From Bacilli bacterium (GTDB taxonomy: Bacteria; Bacillota_I; Bacilli_A; RFN20; UBA1709), in NCBI GenBank assembly GCA_034115825.1, contig JAXESU010000001.1, forward strand, positions 78,608-142,607: 64,000 nucleotides of DNA. Direction: 5' to 3'. Below are positions 38,417 through 49,058 of this stretch, piece after piece; the first letter of the stretch is position 1, and the number at the start of each line of letters is the position of its first letter. Position numbers and translations under genes: made by a program. The notes under the pieces are model-generated. The model was not told the origin of the DNA and searched no databases. It worked only from the letters and a program-made list of their open reading frames with translations.

Positions 38417-39556
38417 ATGAAAGTCTTAGTTTTGTCGGTTACGGCAGGTGAAGGCCATAACGCTATGGGGCGTGCTGTCATAAATTATTTAAAAGAGCGT
38501 GGGCATGATGGCAAAATGATTGATTATTATAAAGGTATTGATAGTAAAAGAGCTAAACTAGCAAATGATTTATATTTTTGGACTCTTCGTCATTTTCCAA
38601 AAACATCCCACCGAAAATATATGAAAATTCAAAGTCGCGATGTTACTCGCAAGACTTCTAAATATAACATCTTTAACTTAATGTTAAATTCTAAAAAAGC
38701 AATTGAAAATGTTGAAAATACAATCAAAGAATATCAACCTGATATGATTTTTTGTACGCATTTATACACTGCGACACTTATGTCACGCTTTAAAGAGGAA
38801 GGTAAATATCTAAATATTACCACTTTCTTTATTGTAAGTGATTTTGTTACTCATCCTTACACTGAAAATGCAACTAATATTGATTATCTTTTAACTCCAA
38901 ATCATGATTTCGATGAAATATTATTCAAAATGGGTTATAAAAAGGAACAATTACTACCTTTTGGCATTGTGGCTGATTCAAAATTTAGTCGTCATTTAGA
39001 TAAGAAAGATACTCGAGTTAAATTAGGATTAGATCCAAATAAAACCACTATTCTAGTTATGAATGGCGGAGCCGGTTTTGGTAATTCATTAAAATTAATT
39101 AAAAAACTTGATGAATTAAATGATGATTTCCAAGTTATCTTAGTTAATGGACGGAATGAAGAAATGCAACAAAAAGTTCAAGATTATCTAGATAGTGATG
39201 GAAAGCACAAAGTTCTAAATTATGGATTTGTTAATAACGTTGATGAACTTATGTCATCAAGTGATGTTATGCTTGGAAAAATTGGAGGAGCTGGTATAGC
39301 TGAAGCCTTTAATAAAAATCTACCAATTATTTGTACTGGCGAACCACCATTTCAAGAATATGATAATTTAGTTTATTTAACAAAACGAAATATTGTCATA
39401 TATAGTAAAGATATGGATGAAACATGCAAAATTATTCATGATTTAGTTTCTAATCCAGAACATCTTGATTATTTAAAACAAAATGTTAAAGAAATAGCAC
39501 GTCCTAATGCTACTAAAGATTTTGTTGAATTTATGGAGAAAATATATGCAAAATAA
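38417..39556 (+). CDS. GT28 / MGDG-synthase-family glycolipid glycosyltransferase (UgtP-like)
   Basis: MKVLVLSVTAGEGHNA... N-terminus and the C-terminal GKIGGAGIAEA motif. The start at 38417 follows AAAGGAGGA. Confidence 0.7.
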   Translation: MKVLVLSVTAGEGHNAMGRAVINYLKERGHDGKMIDYYKGIDSKRAKLANDLYFWTLRHFPKTSHRKYMKIQSRDVTRKTSKYNIFNLMLNSKKAIENVENTIKEYQPDMIFCTHLYTATLMSRFKEEGKYLNITTFFIVSDFVTHPYTENATNIDYLLTPNHDFDEILFKMGYKKEQLLPFGIVADSKFSRHLDKKDTRVKLGLDPNKTTILVMNGGAGFGNSLKLIKKLDELNDDFQVILVNGRNEEMQQKVQDYLDSDGKHKVLNYGFVNNVDELMSSSDVMLGKIGGAGIAEAFNKNLPIICTGEPPFQEYDNLVYLTKRNIVIYSKDMDETCKIIHDLVSNPEHLDYLKQNVKEIARPNATKDFVEFMEKIYAK

Positions 39557-40676
39557 AGTTATTATTGTCGGAGCAGGACTAAGTGGCGCTACCATTGCTC
39601 ATCAATTGGCTAAAAAAGGATATAAAGTTACAATCTATGATAAACGTCCAACAATTGCAGGTAACGCTTATGATTTTAATGATAATAACATTTTAGTTCA
39701 CTTATATGGTCCACATATTTTTCATACTTCAAGCAAGGAAGTTTTTGATTTTATCAGTCAATTTGATGACTTCTTTAAATATGAGCATCGTGTTTTAGGA
39801 CACATCGATGATAAATATGTTCCTATTCCCTTTAATTTGACTTCCCTCGAGCGTCTATTCAAAAAAGAGGATAGCGATTATATTAAAAATTATTTGTTAA
39901 CCAAATATGAGATGGGGAAAAAAGTTCCAGTTATGGAACTTAAAAATAGCGATGATCAAATTATTCAACAATTTGGTAACTTTGTTTATGAAAAAGTTTT
40001 TTATCACTACACTTTAAAACAATGGGGAAAAACTCCTGAAGAGTTAAATCCTAATGTTATGAATCGCGTACCAGTTTATATTTCATATGAAGATCGTTAC
40101 TTTTTAGATACATATCAATATATGCCACTTCATGGTTTTACAAAAGTAGTTGAGAAGATGTTAGATCATCCAAATATTAAAGTTATTTTAAACACTGATT
40201 TCTTATCAATTGCTAAAATTAATGATGATAAAATTTATCTTAATAATCAATTATTTGATGGCGAGGTAATTTATACTGGTTGCATTGATGAATTGTTTAA
40301 TTATCAATTGGGCAAATTACCATATCGTAGTTTAAATTTTGTTTTTAAAACCATTAATCAACCATCATTCCAAGATGCGGCGGTTGTTAATTATCCAAAT
40401 GAATATCAATTTACTCGTATTTCTGAATTTTCAAAATTCACTTCAAAACCTACAAATAAAACAATTATTGTCGAAGAATATCCAAAAGAACATACTTTAA
40501 AGGATATTCCATATTATCCTATTGAAATTGAAGAAAATATTAATCTCTATCAAAAATATTTGTCATTAGCTAATAAAATTCCAAATTTACATTTACTTGG
40601 AAGATTAGCAAACTATAAATATGTTAATATGGATGTTGCGATCTTAAATGCTTTAAAACTTAGTGATAAATTTTAA
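39546..40676 (+). CDS. glf: UDP-galactopyranose mutase
   Basis: VIIVGAGLSGATIAHQLAKKGYKVTIYDKRPTIAGNAYD FAD-binding fold, plus ...GPHIFHT... and ...GRLANYKY. It overlaps the upstream GT gene by 11 nt. Confidence 0.9.
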   Translation: MQNKVIIVGAGLSGATIAHQLAKKGYKVTIYDKRPTIAGNAYDFNDNNILVHLYGPHIFHTSSKEVFDFISQFDDFFKYEHRVLGHIDDKYVPIPFNLTSLERLFKKEDSDYIKNYLLTKYEMGKKVPVMELKNSDDQIIQQFGNFVYEKVFYHYTLKQWGKTPEELNPNVMNRVPVYISYEDRYFLDTYQYMPLHGFTKVVEKMLDHPNIKVILNTDFLSIAKINDDKIYLNNQLFDGEVIYTGCIDELFNYQLGKLPYRSLNFVFKTINQPSFQDAAVVNYPNEYQFTRISEFSKFTSKPTNKTIIVEEYPKEHTLKDIPYYPIEIEENINLYQKYLSLANKIPNLHLLGRLANYKYVNMDVAILNALKLSDKF

Positions 40677-40711
40677 AAGGTACTTATGGTTTTACCATAA
40701 ATACCTTTTTT
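40676..40711. terminator. bidirectional rho-independent terminator
   Basis: AAAGGTACTTATGGT ttt ACCATAAATACCTTT stem followed by T-run. It lies between convergent glf and the NUDIX gene. Confidence 0.75.
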
Positions 40712-40725
40712 GTTAGAGTTAAATA

Positions 40726-41361
40726 TCAACATCTTTTTACCTTTTTTAATAAAAGATTCATATTACTATCTTCATTATATTTAACAAAGTCATCAAAATT
40801 AATATAGAAAACTTCTTTAAATAAATGTGATTCAGTAATTTTACCAACTTGTTTTTCTTTAATTTTAAATAGATTCACATAAACAGTTTTATGAACAATA
40901 TCACAGCCAAAAAAATCATTAAATTGTTCATTAGTTAAATGTTTAAAAATCGCTCCATTAAATGAATAATCATACTTACCTAATGTAGTAATAAAATTAT
41001 TTTTATTAATTCTAATACCTGCTTCTTCATAACATTCTCTAATTGCCGCTGTAATGATATCTTCACCATTTTCAATATGGCCTTTAGGTAGAACTAATTT
41101 ATCATCACTCCGTTTTAAACAAATTAACTCATTATTATAAAGAACAACACTCATTGAAGAATATTCTTCATTAATTTTTAATTGATATCGATTGATACTT
41201 GTTTTGTTACAATAAAAATTTAAAGGATTATAATGCAATGTGTGTTTTTTTACAAAATCAATGCATCTTTCATAGATTACTTTAAGATCATCATTACTAC
41301 AAAAGAAAGTATGTTCAAACAATAAATCATCACTTTTATAAGATATTAAATATTCATTCAT
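40726..41361 (-). CDS. NUDIX hydrolase with N-terminal extension
   Basis: Nudix box GHIENGEDIITAAIRECYEEAGI (GX5EX7REUXEEXGU) in the C-terminal half. The gene ends with TGA. Confidence 0.75.
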   Translation of the reverse strand: MNEYLISYKSDDLLFEHTFFCSNDDLKVIYERCIDFVKKHTLHYNPLNFYCNKTSINRYQLKINEEYSSMSVVLYNNELICLKRSDDKLVLPKGHIENGEDIITAAIRECYEEAGIRINKNNFITTLGKYDYSFNGAIFKHLTNEQFNDFFGCDIVHKTVYVNLFKIKEKQVGKITESHLFKEVFYINFDDFVKYNEDSNMNLLLKKVKRC

Positions 41362-41362
41362 T

Positions 41363-42931
41363 TTACCTAATAATTGATTTTTCCCACATTGATGGAGTTT
41401 TAATATTCATTAGTTTTAAAATTGTAGGGGCAACATTAGCAAGGCCAAACTCACCTTCATTTAAAGTTACTTTAAGATCATCATCAACAATAATAAATGG
41501 AACTTTATTTAATGAGTGAGCTGTTCTAACTTGAAGTTCACCTTTTTTATTTTTTTCAAGCATTTCATCAGCATTACCATGATCTGCGGTAACTAATAAT
41601 GTGTAACCTTCTTTTTTACATACTTTTAAAAGTCTAGCAAGAGCTAAATCAAGTGCTTCCATTGAACAAATAGTAGCATCTAAATTACCAGTATGACCAA
41701 CCATATCACCATTCGGGAAGTTAACTCTTAAAAATTGATATTGATGACTTTCTAATGCTTTAATTACTTCATCAGTAATTTCTGCTGATTTCATCCATGG
41801 ACGTTCGTCAAAAGAAACAGTATCGCTAGGAATTTCTTTATAAGTTTCTAAAGTTTCACTAACTTTTCCAGAACGATTTCCATTCCAGAAATATGTTACA
41901 TGGCCATATTTTTGTGTTTCACTAATGGCATATTCATTAATGTTATGTTCAACTAAAACTTCTGTTAATGTATTTTTAATTTCTGGAGGATTAACTAAAA
42001 ATCTTTTTGGTAAATGTAAATCACCATCATATTCTAATAATCCAGCATAAACGACTTTTGGGTAAACTTTACGATCAAATTTATCAAAATTTTCATTGTC
42101 AAAAGCCATTGAAATTTCAATAGCTCTATCGCCTCTAAAGTTAAATAAAACAACTGAATCATTATCAACAATTTTGCCAACTGGTTCATCATTTTTAACG
42201 ATAACAAATGGATCTAAATCTTGGTCAATAGCATTTGTTTCTTCTCTTAATGTTTTAATAGCACTTGTTGCATCATTAAAGAATCTTCCTTCACCTAAAA
42301 CATGTGTTTTCCAACCCATTTCAACCATTTTCCAGTTAGCTTGATAACGGTCCATCGTAATTTTCATTCTGCCTCCACCGGAAGCAATTAAACCATTAAA
42401 ATGATCATCATTTAATTGTTTTAGTTTATTTTCTAATTGTTCAACATAAATTAAAGCACTAGTTGCAGGGACATCTCTTCCATCAAGTAAAATATGAACT
42501 CTAACTTCTTTAACGCCTTCTTTTTTAGCTTCTTCTAGCATTGAAAATAAATGATTAATGTTTGAGTGAACATTGCCATCACTTAATAAACCTAAAAAAT
42601 GTAATGTTGAATGATTATTTTTAACGTTTTCAACTACTTCTTTCCAAGCGTTTGAAGTATACATTTTTTTACTTTCGATTGATTCATTAACTAATTTAGC
42701 TCCTTGGGAATAAATTTGACCACAACCTAAAGCGTTATGACCAACCTCACTATTTCCCATATCATCATCACTAGGTAGACCAACCGCACTTCCATGAGCC
42801 TTTAATTTAACATATGGATAAGTTTTTAGCATATAATCAAGTGTTGGAGTATTAGCTAAAGATACAGCATCTCCAATTCCAGTTTTTGAAAAACCTACTC
42901 CATCCATAATTACTAATAAAATTGGTTTCAT
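41363..42931 (-). CDS. gpmI: 2,3-bisphosphoglycerate-independent phosphoglycerate mutase
   Basis: 522 aa. Sequence includes MKPILLVIMDGVG..., ...GNSEVGHNALG..., and ...TADHGNADEM. Confidence 0.9.
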   Translation of the reverse strand: MKPILLVIMDGVGFSKTGIGDAVSLANTPTLDYMLKTYPYVKLKAHGSAVGLPSDDDMGNSEVGHNALGCGQIYSQGAKLVNESIESKKMYTSNAWKEVVENVKNNHSTLHFLGLLSDGNVHSNINHLFSMLEEAKKEGVKEVRVHILLDGRDVPATSALIYVEQLENKLKQLNDDHFNGLIASGGGRMKITMDRYQANWKMVEMGWKTHVLGEGRFFNDATSAIKTLREETNAIDQDLDPFVIVKNDEPVGKIVDNDSVVLFNFRGDRAIEISMAFDNENFDKFDRKVYPKVVYAGLLEYDGDLHLPKRFLVNPPEIKNTLTEVLVEHNINEYAISETQKYGHVTYFWNGNRSGKVSETLETYKEIPSDTVSFDERPWMKSAEITDEVIKALESHQYQFLRVNFPNGDMVGHTGNLDATICSMEALDLALARLLKVCKKEGYTLLVTADHGNADEMLEKNKKGELQVRTAHSLNKVPFIIVDDDLKVTLNEGEFGLANVAPTILKLMNIKTPSMWEKSIIR

Positions 42932-43082
42932 TATTATTCTCTCCTTTTTAAATACGTCTTTATTATACTATTTTTTTATTTTAATTACTAGAAAAAACAT
43001 TTTCTTTAATCATTTTATATAAACATTGTTTTTTATTCTCTTTTATATTAAAATAATCTAGGTTTTGAAAAGAGTGATTGAA

Positions 43083-44459
43083 ATGAAAGATATGACCAAA
43101 GAATTTAGTAGTGGTAAAATCTTACCACTCGTATTTAAATTAACTATTCCTGCTGTAATAGCTCAACTAATCACTTTCTTATATAACATTGTCGACAGAA
43201 TGTATGTATCAAATATTGAAGGGATTAAAACTGAAGCACTAGCAGCTCTAGGAATTGTTCTTCCTATTACCATAATTGTTCAGGCCTTTGCTAATTTAAT
43301 TGGTCTAGGTGGAAGTCCTAAAGCCTCAATGAAATTGGGTGAAGGAAAAAATAACGAAGCCAACAATATCTTTAATAATGCGACAAGTAGTTTATTTTTT
43401 ATTGGCTTATTAATGACGATTATCTTATTTGTTTTTGCTAAAGATATTGTTATTTTATTTGGATGTCCAATAAATGCGATTAAATATGCTACTGATTATT
43501 TAAAGATATACGCATTAGGTAGTATTTTTATTATCATTGTTCAAGGTCTTAATCCTTTTATTAGTGCTGAAGGGCATGCTTTACTTGCAATGCTCACAAC
43601 TTTAATCGGTGCTATTTTAAATATCATTCTTGATCCAATTTTTATTTTTACTTTTAGTTTAGGAGTTAAAGGAGCAAGTATTGCAACTATTTTATCGCAA
43701 TTTGTTTCCTTTGTTTGGGTTTTAATTGTCTTCTTTCAAAAAGAATCAATTTTTAAATTTAATATTAAAGAAATGAAATTAAAAAAAGAAATTATGTTAG
43801 GAATTCTTTTTTTAGGATTATCGCCTTTTATTATGACTTTTACCGAAAGTTTAATTCAAATTGTCTTTAATGTTTGTTTAAAATTATCAACAGGAGGAGA
43901 AAGTAGTGATTATACTGCTGCTTTAACGATTATGCTTAGTGCTTTACAATTAATCTCATTACCTTTAAATGGATTAGGATATGGTATTGCTCCTTTTGTT
44001 AGTTATAACTATGGAAAAGGTGATGGATATCGTTTAAAAAAAGGAATCAAATATACATTTATTATCGCCTTAATTTTTGTCTTAATTGTTTATTCTATTT
44101 CTATGTTATTCCCAATCATCTATGCACGATTATTTAACGCTAGCGATAGTGTTACCTTAATTATTAAACAATATACTCCCCTATTCTTAATGGGTTCGAT
44201 AATGTTCTGTGTTCAAATGACATTGCAAAATGTTAATGTCGCGTTAGGTCAAGGAAAAACCGCAGTTATTTTAGCTACTTTAAGAAAAGTTGTTATTCTT
44301 ATTCCATTGTGCTTCATTTTATCAAATTTAATTGGATTTAAAGGGGTATATCTATCCGAAGGTATAGCCGATTTAGTAGCTGGAATTATTACTTCAATTG
44401 TCATTTTTACAACTTTCCCTAAAGTCATCAATAAGCGTGTTATTGAAACACAAAAATAA
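43083..44459 (+). CDS. MATE-family efflux transporter
   Basis: 12-TM layout with an N-terminal ...LPLVFKLTIPAVIAQLITFLYNIVDRMYVS, typical of MATE. The ATG at 43083 is the preferred start. Confidence 0.8.
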   Translation: MKDMTKEFSSGKILPLVFKLTIPAVIAQLITFLYNIVDRMYVSNIEGIKTEALAALGIVLPITIIVQAFANLIGLGGSPKASMKLGEGKNNEANNIFNNATSSLFFIGLLMTIILFVFAKDIVILFGCPINAIKYATDYLKIYALGSIFIIIVQGLNPFISAEGHALLAMLTTLIGAILNIILDPIFIFTFSLGVKGASIATILSQFVSFVWVLIVFFQKESIFKFNIKEMKLKKEIMLGILFLGLSPFIMTFTESLIQIVFNVCLKLSTGGESSDYTAALTIMLSALQLISLPLNGLGYGIAPFVSYNYGKGDGYRLKKGIKYTFIIALIFVLIVYSISMLFPIIYARLFNASDSVTLIIKQYTPLFLMGSIMFCVQMTLQNVNVALGQGKTAVILATLRKVVILIPLCFILSNLIGFKGVYLSEGIADLVAGIITSIVIFTTFPKVINKRVIETQK

Positions 44460-44472
44460 ATAAAGTCATAGG

Positions 44473-45672
44473 TTAATCCCTATGACTTTTTGTTATCTTT
44501 TTTAGATATAATTGAATTATTACAGTTAAAAATGAAATAATACTTCCAACAACAAACGCAAATTTTAATCCAAAACCATTATTTACAAAATACAAATCAA
44601 CTATTAGACCGATTAAATATGGAAACAAGGCTGCCCCTAAATCACCAAAAGCAGACATCATTCCAAAATAACTTGGTGATGGATTGTGAAAATATTTAGC
44701 ACCAACGCTTAATGTTCCTGGCCACATTAGTGATACTCCAATACCACAAAGTAAACAAGCTAAAATAACAATATAAAGATTATCGACAAAAACTAAAGTT
44801 AAATAACTAATTAGTGATAGAAGAGAACCAATAATAAGTAAATTATTTAGTTCATATTTTTGATCTAAATAGCTATACCCTAATCGACCAATCGTAAAAG
44901 TAATAGTAAATGATAAAACACCTAACATATCACCAATTAATTTAGAAATATGAAGTGTTTTAACAAAAAATGTTGAAAGCCATTGTGACATAATTATTTC
45001 CATCGCTGCCCCAAACATAATAGCAAGTAAAAAGAAATAGAAATGATAGTCTTTTAAATAATACAAATGATCCTTTTTCTTTTGCTCTTTATTCACTTCA
45101 ACAAATTTCGCTTTTAAAAAAATAATAAAAACGACAATAGGAATAAATAAAAAACTGACCATAATTAATTGCCAAAACGTTTCATCTAAAAGCGTAACTA
45201 GTAAACTTGTAACACTAACAACAAAAATAACTCCTATTCCATAAAATGAATGAAGTAAGCTCATTGATTTTTCTTTATTTTTAGATGGTAAAGCTTCAAT
45301 AAGTGGCGAAACTAATACTTCAATTAAACCAGCTGCCATTGAAATAATACTTATCCCAACAAAAAATAATATCTTAACATTACTAGGTATTAAAACTGGG
45401 CTTAAAACAAAAATTAAGACACCGAATATTAAAACAAGTGGGGTTAAAAGGCAAAATAATTTATAGCCAAATTTGGTTAATAAAGGTGAAACAAGAATAT
45501 CAACGATTATTTGAACGGAGTATAACAAAAAAATCATTATTCCTAAATCAGTATACGTTAATTGATATAAATTGATTAATGAAACAAAAAGAATCGGCAA
45601 ACAACATGCACAATAAGCTTGCATCGATAAACTCAAATAACAGCCTAATCGCGTTTTATTATAATAATCCAT
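44473..45672 (-). CDS. MFS transporter
   Basis: 399 aa with about 12 TM helices arranged as 6+6 around a central loop. Confidence 0.7.
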   Translation of the reverse strand: MDYYNKTRLGCYLSLSMQAYCACCLPILFVSLINLYQLTYTDLGIMIFLLYSVQIIVDILVSPLLTKFGYKLFCLLTPLVLIFGVLIFVLSPVLIPSNVKILFFVGISIISMAAGLIEVLVSPLIEALPSKNKEKSMSLLHSFYGIGVIFVVSVTSLLVTLLDETFWQLIMVSFLFIPIVVFIIFLKAKFVEVNKEQKKKDHLYYLKDYHFYFFLLAIMFGAAMEIIMSQWLSTFFVKTLHISKLIGDMLGVLSFTITFTIGRLGYSYLDQKYELNNLLIIGSLLSLISYLTLVFVDNLYIVILACLLCGIGVSLMWPGTLSVGAKYFHNPSPSYFGMMSAFGDLGAALFPYLIGLIVDLYFVNNGFGLKFAFVVGSIISFLTVIIQLYLKKITKSHRD

Positions 45673-45674
45673 AT

Positions 45675-47027
45675 TTAATTCTCCTTAAGTGATGAAATAA
45701 GTTGCTTTTTCTTAGTTAAGTATAAGGTTAAAGCATATATAAAAGTTAACATTTCAGCAATTAAGAAACTATACCAAATACCATTTAATTTAAATAAATT
45801 AGACAATAGATACATAATTGGAAATAATATAACTAATTGTCGTAATAAGTTAATAATAATACTTATACTCACCTTTTTGCATGCTTGAAAATAAGTTGCA
45901 ATCATTAATGATGCCCCAATAAAAAGATAACTCAAACACATAATTCTTGTTCCACTTACTCCAATATTCAATAAATCTTCTGTTGCATTAAAAACGAGTA
46001 AAATTTCTTTAGGAAAAATAAACATTATTAAAGTTGCTATAACCATAAAAGTTAAGTTACATTCTAAACCAAATTTAAATGTTTCATTTAAACGATCAAG
46101 TTTTTTTGCTCCATATGAATAACTCATAATTGGTAGAACACCTTGAATTAAACCATTCATAGTCATAACAACAACTTGTTGAATTTTATAGTAAACCCCA
46201 AAGAAGGTAACTGCAGTTAATGAATAAACAATTAAAAAGACATTACAAATGGTTACCATAAAGGCATTTAAAGCATTCATAATAAATGATGGAAAACCAA
46301 TCACAAAAATAGCTTTGACAAATCTTAGATTAATATGACAACTGCTCTTTGTTATTTTAACTTTTTGCTTAGTAAAAAATAACATATATAAAGCAATAAT
46401 CATTGAAAGACTAAATCCTAAAACCGTGCTTAAAGCTGCCCCTTTGATACCTAATTTTGGAAAAATACCATAGCCAAAAATTAATAATGGATCAAAAATA
46501 ATGTTGAAAATAACCCCAATCATTTGAAATCCCATCGGTGCAAGCATATTCCCAGTCCCTTGAAGTGTTTTTTGAATGACGATATGAACCATATTAGGAA
46601 TTTGCATAAAAGCACAAATACTCATATAATCGATACAATATTGATAAATTAAAGGATTATCAGTAAAAAAAGCAAAATATGGTTTAAGAACTAATAAACA
46701 AGCAATATTTGAAATTATCCCAACAATTATTGATAGTAATAAGCCGATATAAGCAATATTATTAGCATTTTCTTGTTCTTTTCTTCCTAGATATCGCGCA
46801 ACTAAAATATTCACTCCTACTCCAAGCCAAATACTTAAGGCATTCATTAAAGTCGTTAGCGGGAATGATAAAGAAATGGCGGTTAAAGCATCTTCACTAA
46901 TTTGAGCGACAAATCCACTATCAATTAAATTATATGAATATTGCATAAACATTGATAATAATGGTGGAAGAGCCATTGTAATAACAAGTTTTTTTATTCC
47001 CATGGTCTCCATTTTATTTGCTACCAT
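45675..47027 (-). CDS. MATE-family efflux transporter
   Basis: 450 aa. ...KKLVITMALPPLLSMFMQYSYNLIDSGFVAQ is a typical MATE N-terminus, and the protein has 12 TM helices. Confidence 0.8.
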   Translation of the reverse strand: MVANKMETMGIKKLVITMALPPLLSMFMQYSYNLIDSGFVAQISEDALTAISLSFPLTTLMNALSIWLGVGVNILVARYLGRKEQENANNIAYIGLLLSIIVGIISNIACLLVLKPYFAFFTDNPLIYQYCIDYMSICAFMQIPNMVHIVIQKTLQGTGNMLAPMGFQMIGVIFNIIFDPLLIFGYGIFPKLGIKGAALSTVLGFSLSMIIALYMLFFTKQKVKITKSSCHINLRFVKAIFVIGFPSFIMNALNAFMVTICNVFLIVYSLTAVTFFGVYYKIQQVVVMTMNGLIQGVLPIMSYSYGAKKLDRLNETFKFGLECNLTFMVIATLIMFIFPKEILLVFNATEDLLNIGVSGTRIMCLSYLFIGASLMIATYFQACKKVSISIIINLLRQLVILFPIMYLLSNLFKLNGIWYSFLIAEMLTFIYALTLYLTKKKQLISSLKEN

Positions 47028-47147
47028 CGTACCACCTTGCTTTCACTTAATATATATCAACATTTGTTAATTAAAGCAATAGAATAAATTAACAAAAAAA
47101 TTCTTTGTTATTTGTCATTATTAAATAAAAAGGTAGAAGAATTACTT

Positions 47148-48170
47148 CTACCATTTATTGTGTACTTTTTCAGCAAAACCTAAAGCATTATTTATCTTGA
47201 TTATTGTTTGATCTTTTTTAATATAACCATTAAAGTAACCAAATACTTGATGTTGAGTTGAACATAATAGTTTTAAATCGGTATTATCATAACGATCAAT
47301 AATAGGTTTAAATGTTAAATTAATATCTTCGTTTTTCGATTTTATTGTCCATTCACTCATATAATCATCTTTATTATTTTTCTTATTGATATTAAAAACA
47401 ACATCATCCATTTTAAATACTTTATCGTTAAAGAAAACCATATTTTCACTAGCAGAAGAAGTATCTCCAAAACCATACCCTAAATTAAATCCTTTATAAC
47501 CTTCTTCATCTTGATAACTTAAGCTAGCCCAATACCAAGTATTATTATATGTCCACACTCCTCTTCCCCAATCTAAAACCCCTAAATTATTTTTTACTTC
47601 ATATTTTTGATTACCGATAGTAAAATAGCCATTAGCTTTTAATAAATTAATTTTTTGATTATAATAAAAATGTTTTTTCTTTTTAAATGGAATGGCAATG
47701 ACCATTGAATTATCGCTAGTATTAATAACTTCTAATTCTAAAGATAAATCTGCGTTATCCTTAAATTTTTTATAATGTGCTTTTAATATTCGTTTTTGAC
47801 CATCATTTAAGAATGATATTGAAACTTTTTTATCTTGATAATCGATATCACCGCTTTTAGAACTACTTGGTAATTTTAACTTACCAAAAGTAAAAAAGCG
47901 CATACTTGATTTAGTAATATATTGTTTGTTTTTAAAGTCAAGAAAAGAAATAGACGCTAAAGACATATAAGAATTATCGGCTAAAGTTAAACATACTCCA
48001 TAATCATTATTTAAAAAAGCATAATAATCCCATTCTTTTATCCTTGTTTTTAATCCTTTTATTTGTTTACGGTTATAATCTTTAATTAACGAAGTAGCAT
48101 ATCCTGCTTCATTTAAATTGCCGTTTTTATCAAGTAATAATCCATCAGTTAACTTCTTATTCATCATCAT
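47148..48170 (-). CDS. DUF2804-like protein
   Basis: 340 aa and soluble. RIKEWDYYAF and the later WYWASL motif recall DUF2804. This is recognised from memory only. Confidence 0.45.
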   Translation of the reverse strand: MMMNKKLTDGLLLDKNGNLNEAGYATSLIKDYNRKQIKGLKTRIKEWDYYAFLNNDYGVCLTLADNSYMSLASISFLDFKNKQYITKSSMRFFTFGKLKLPSSSKSGDIDYQDKKVSISFLNDGQKRILKAHYKKFKDNADLSLELEVINTSDNSMVIAIPFKKKKHFYYNQKINLLKANGYFTIGNQKYEVKNNLGVLDWGRGVWTYNNTWYWASLSYQDEEGYKGFNLGYGFGDTSSASENMVFFNDKVFKMDDVVFNINKKNNKDDYMSEWTIKSKNEDINLTFKPIIDRYDNTDLKLLCSTQHQVFGYFNGYIKKDQTIIKINNALGFAEKVHNKW

Positions 48171-48724
48171 CCCTCCTTATTATAAAATGGACATCGATTT
48201 TTAATACATTGTTTATTAAATGATGAAAATTCGCATTTGATGTTACTTTTATCCATCTTAACCACATATTTTTGTTCGACAAAATCAATTGCTTTAGTTA
48301 ATGAAAGAAAGGAATTGCGTTTACAACATCTTGGTCCTCCAATTTTACTCATTTCATTAATAACACTTGAAGTATATTCCATATTATCTTTATAAAAATC
48401 GTTATCGGTTAAAGGACCAGTTTCATGAATAATCGCTAAAGAAGAACCAATCGAAGTAACTGAACCACAAACTCCCCAATAGCCACACATTGCTCCGGGC
48501 ATTTTAATTGCTCTTTCTTTTAATTTAGCTAAACAGTTGTTTAAATCAATGGTTTTAGAAGCATTATAATAAGCAACTAAGAAAGCTGCCCCATCTAAAA
48601 AATGATGTTCAGGACCATGGATATTAATAAAATCAGCATGCATAACTTCTTTAACTATTTTAAGCGGATCTTTTTCCTTGCTTTTTAAAACAGCATTTTC
48701 AATTAAGGCGTACTTATCTTCCAT
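48167..48724 (-). CDS. Cys/His-rich hypothetical protein (HGPEHH motif; DUF5714-like)
   Basis: Motifs HGPEHHFLDGAAFL, MCGYWGVCGS, GPRCCKRN and a C-terminal CIKNRCPFY. It is coupled to the upstream ArsR gene (3-nt gap) and overlaps the downstream gene by 4 nt. Confidence 0.45.
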   Translation of the reverse strand: MEDKYALIENAVLKSKEKDPLKIVKEVMHADFINIHGPEHHFLDGAAFLVAYYNASKTIDLNNCLAKLKERAIKMPGAMCGYWGVCGSVTSIGSSLAIIHETGPLTDNDFYKDNMEYTSSVINEMSKIGGPRCCKRNSFLSLTKAIDFVEQKYVVKMDKSNIKCEFSSFNKQCIKNRCPFYNKEG

Positions 48725-48726
48725 TT

Positions 48727-48996
48727 TTACATAAACTCCTTTTTTAAAACTTGACATAGTTGTTTAATGGTTTCTTTATTTATCGAATAATGGGACCATT
48801 TCCAATCTTTACGGACATTAACTAGTTCATTTTCAACTAATAATTTCATGTGATGTGAAAGTGTTGATTGATTTATATTTAATTTTTCTAAAAGCATACA
48901 ACCACACACTTCTTGTTCAGCGGCAATTATTTTTAGAATTTTAATTCGCGTATCATCACTTAATACTTTAAAAAGATTACTTATCATTTTTCTCAC
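48727..48996 (-). CDS. ArsR/SmtB-family transcriptional regulator
   Basis: 89 aa. LSDDTRIKILKIIAAEQEVCGCMLLEKLNINQSTLSHHMKLL is the winged-HTH with a CxC near alpha3. Confidence 0.85.
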   Translation of the reverse strand: MRKMISNLFKVLSDDTRIKILKIIAAEQEVCGCMLLEKLNINQSTLSHHMKLLVENELVNVRKDWKWSHYSINKETIKQLCQVLKKEFM

Positions 48997-49058
48997 CTAC
49001 TATAATTATAGTTTATCATATTGATGTATGTCAATGTGATAATTATTAAAAAATAGGG

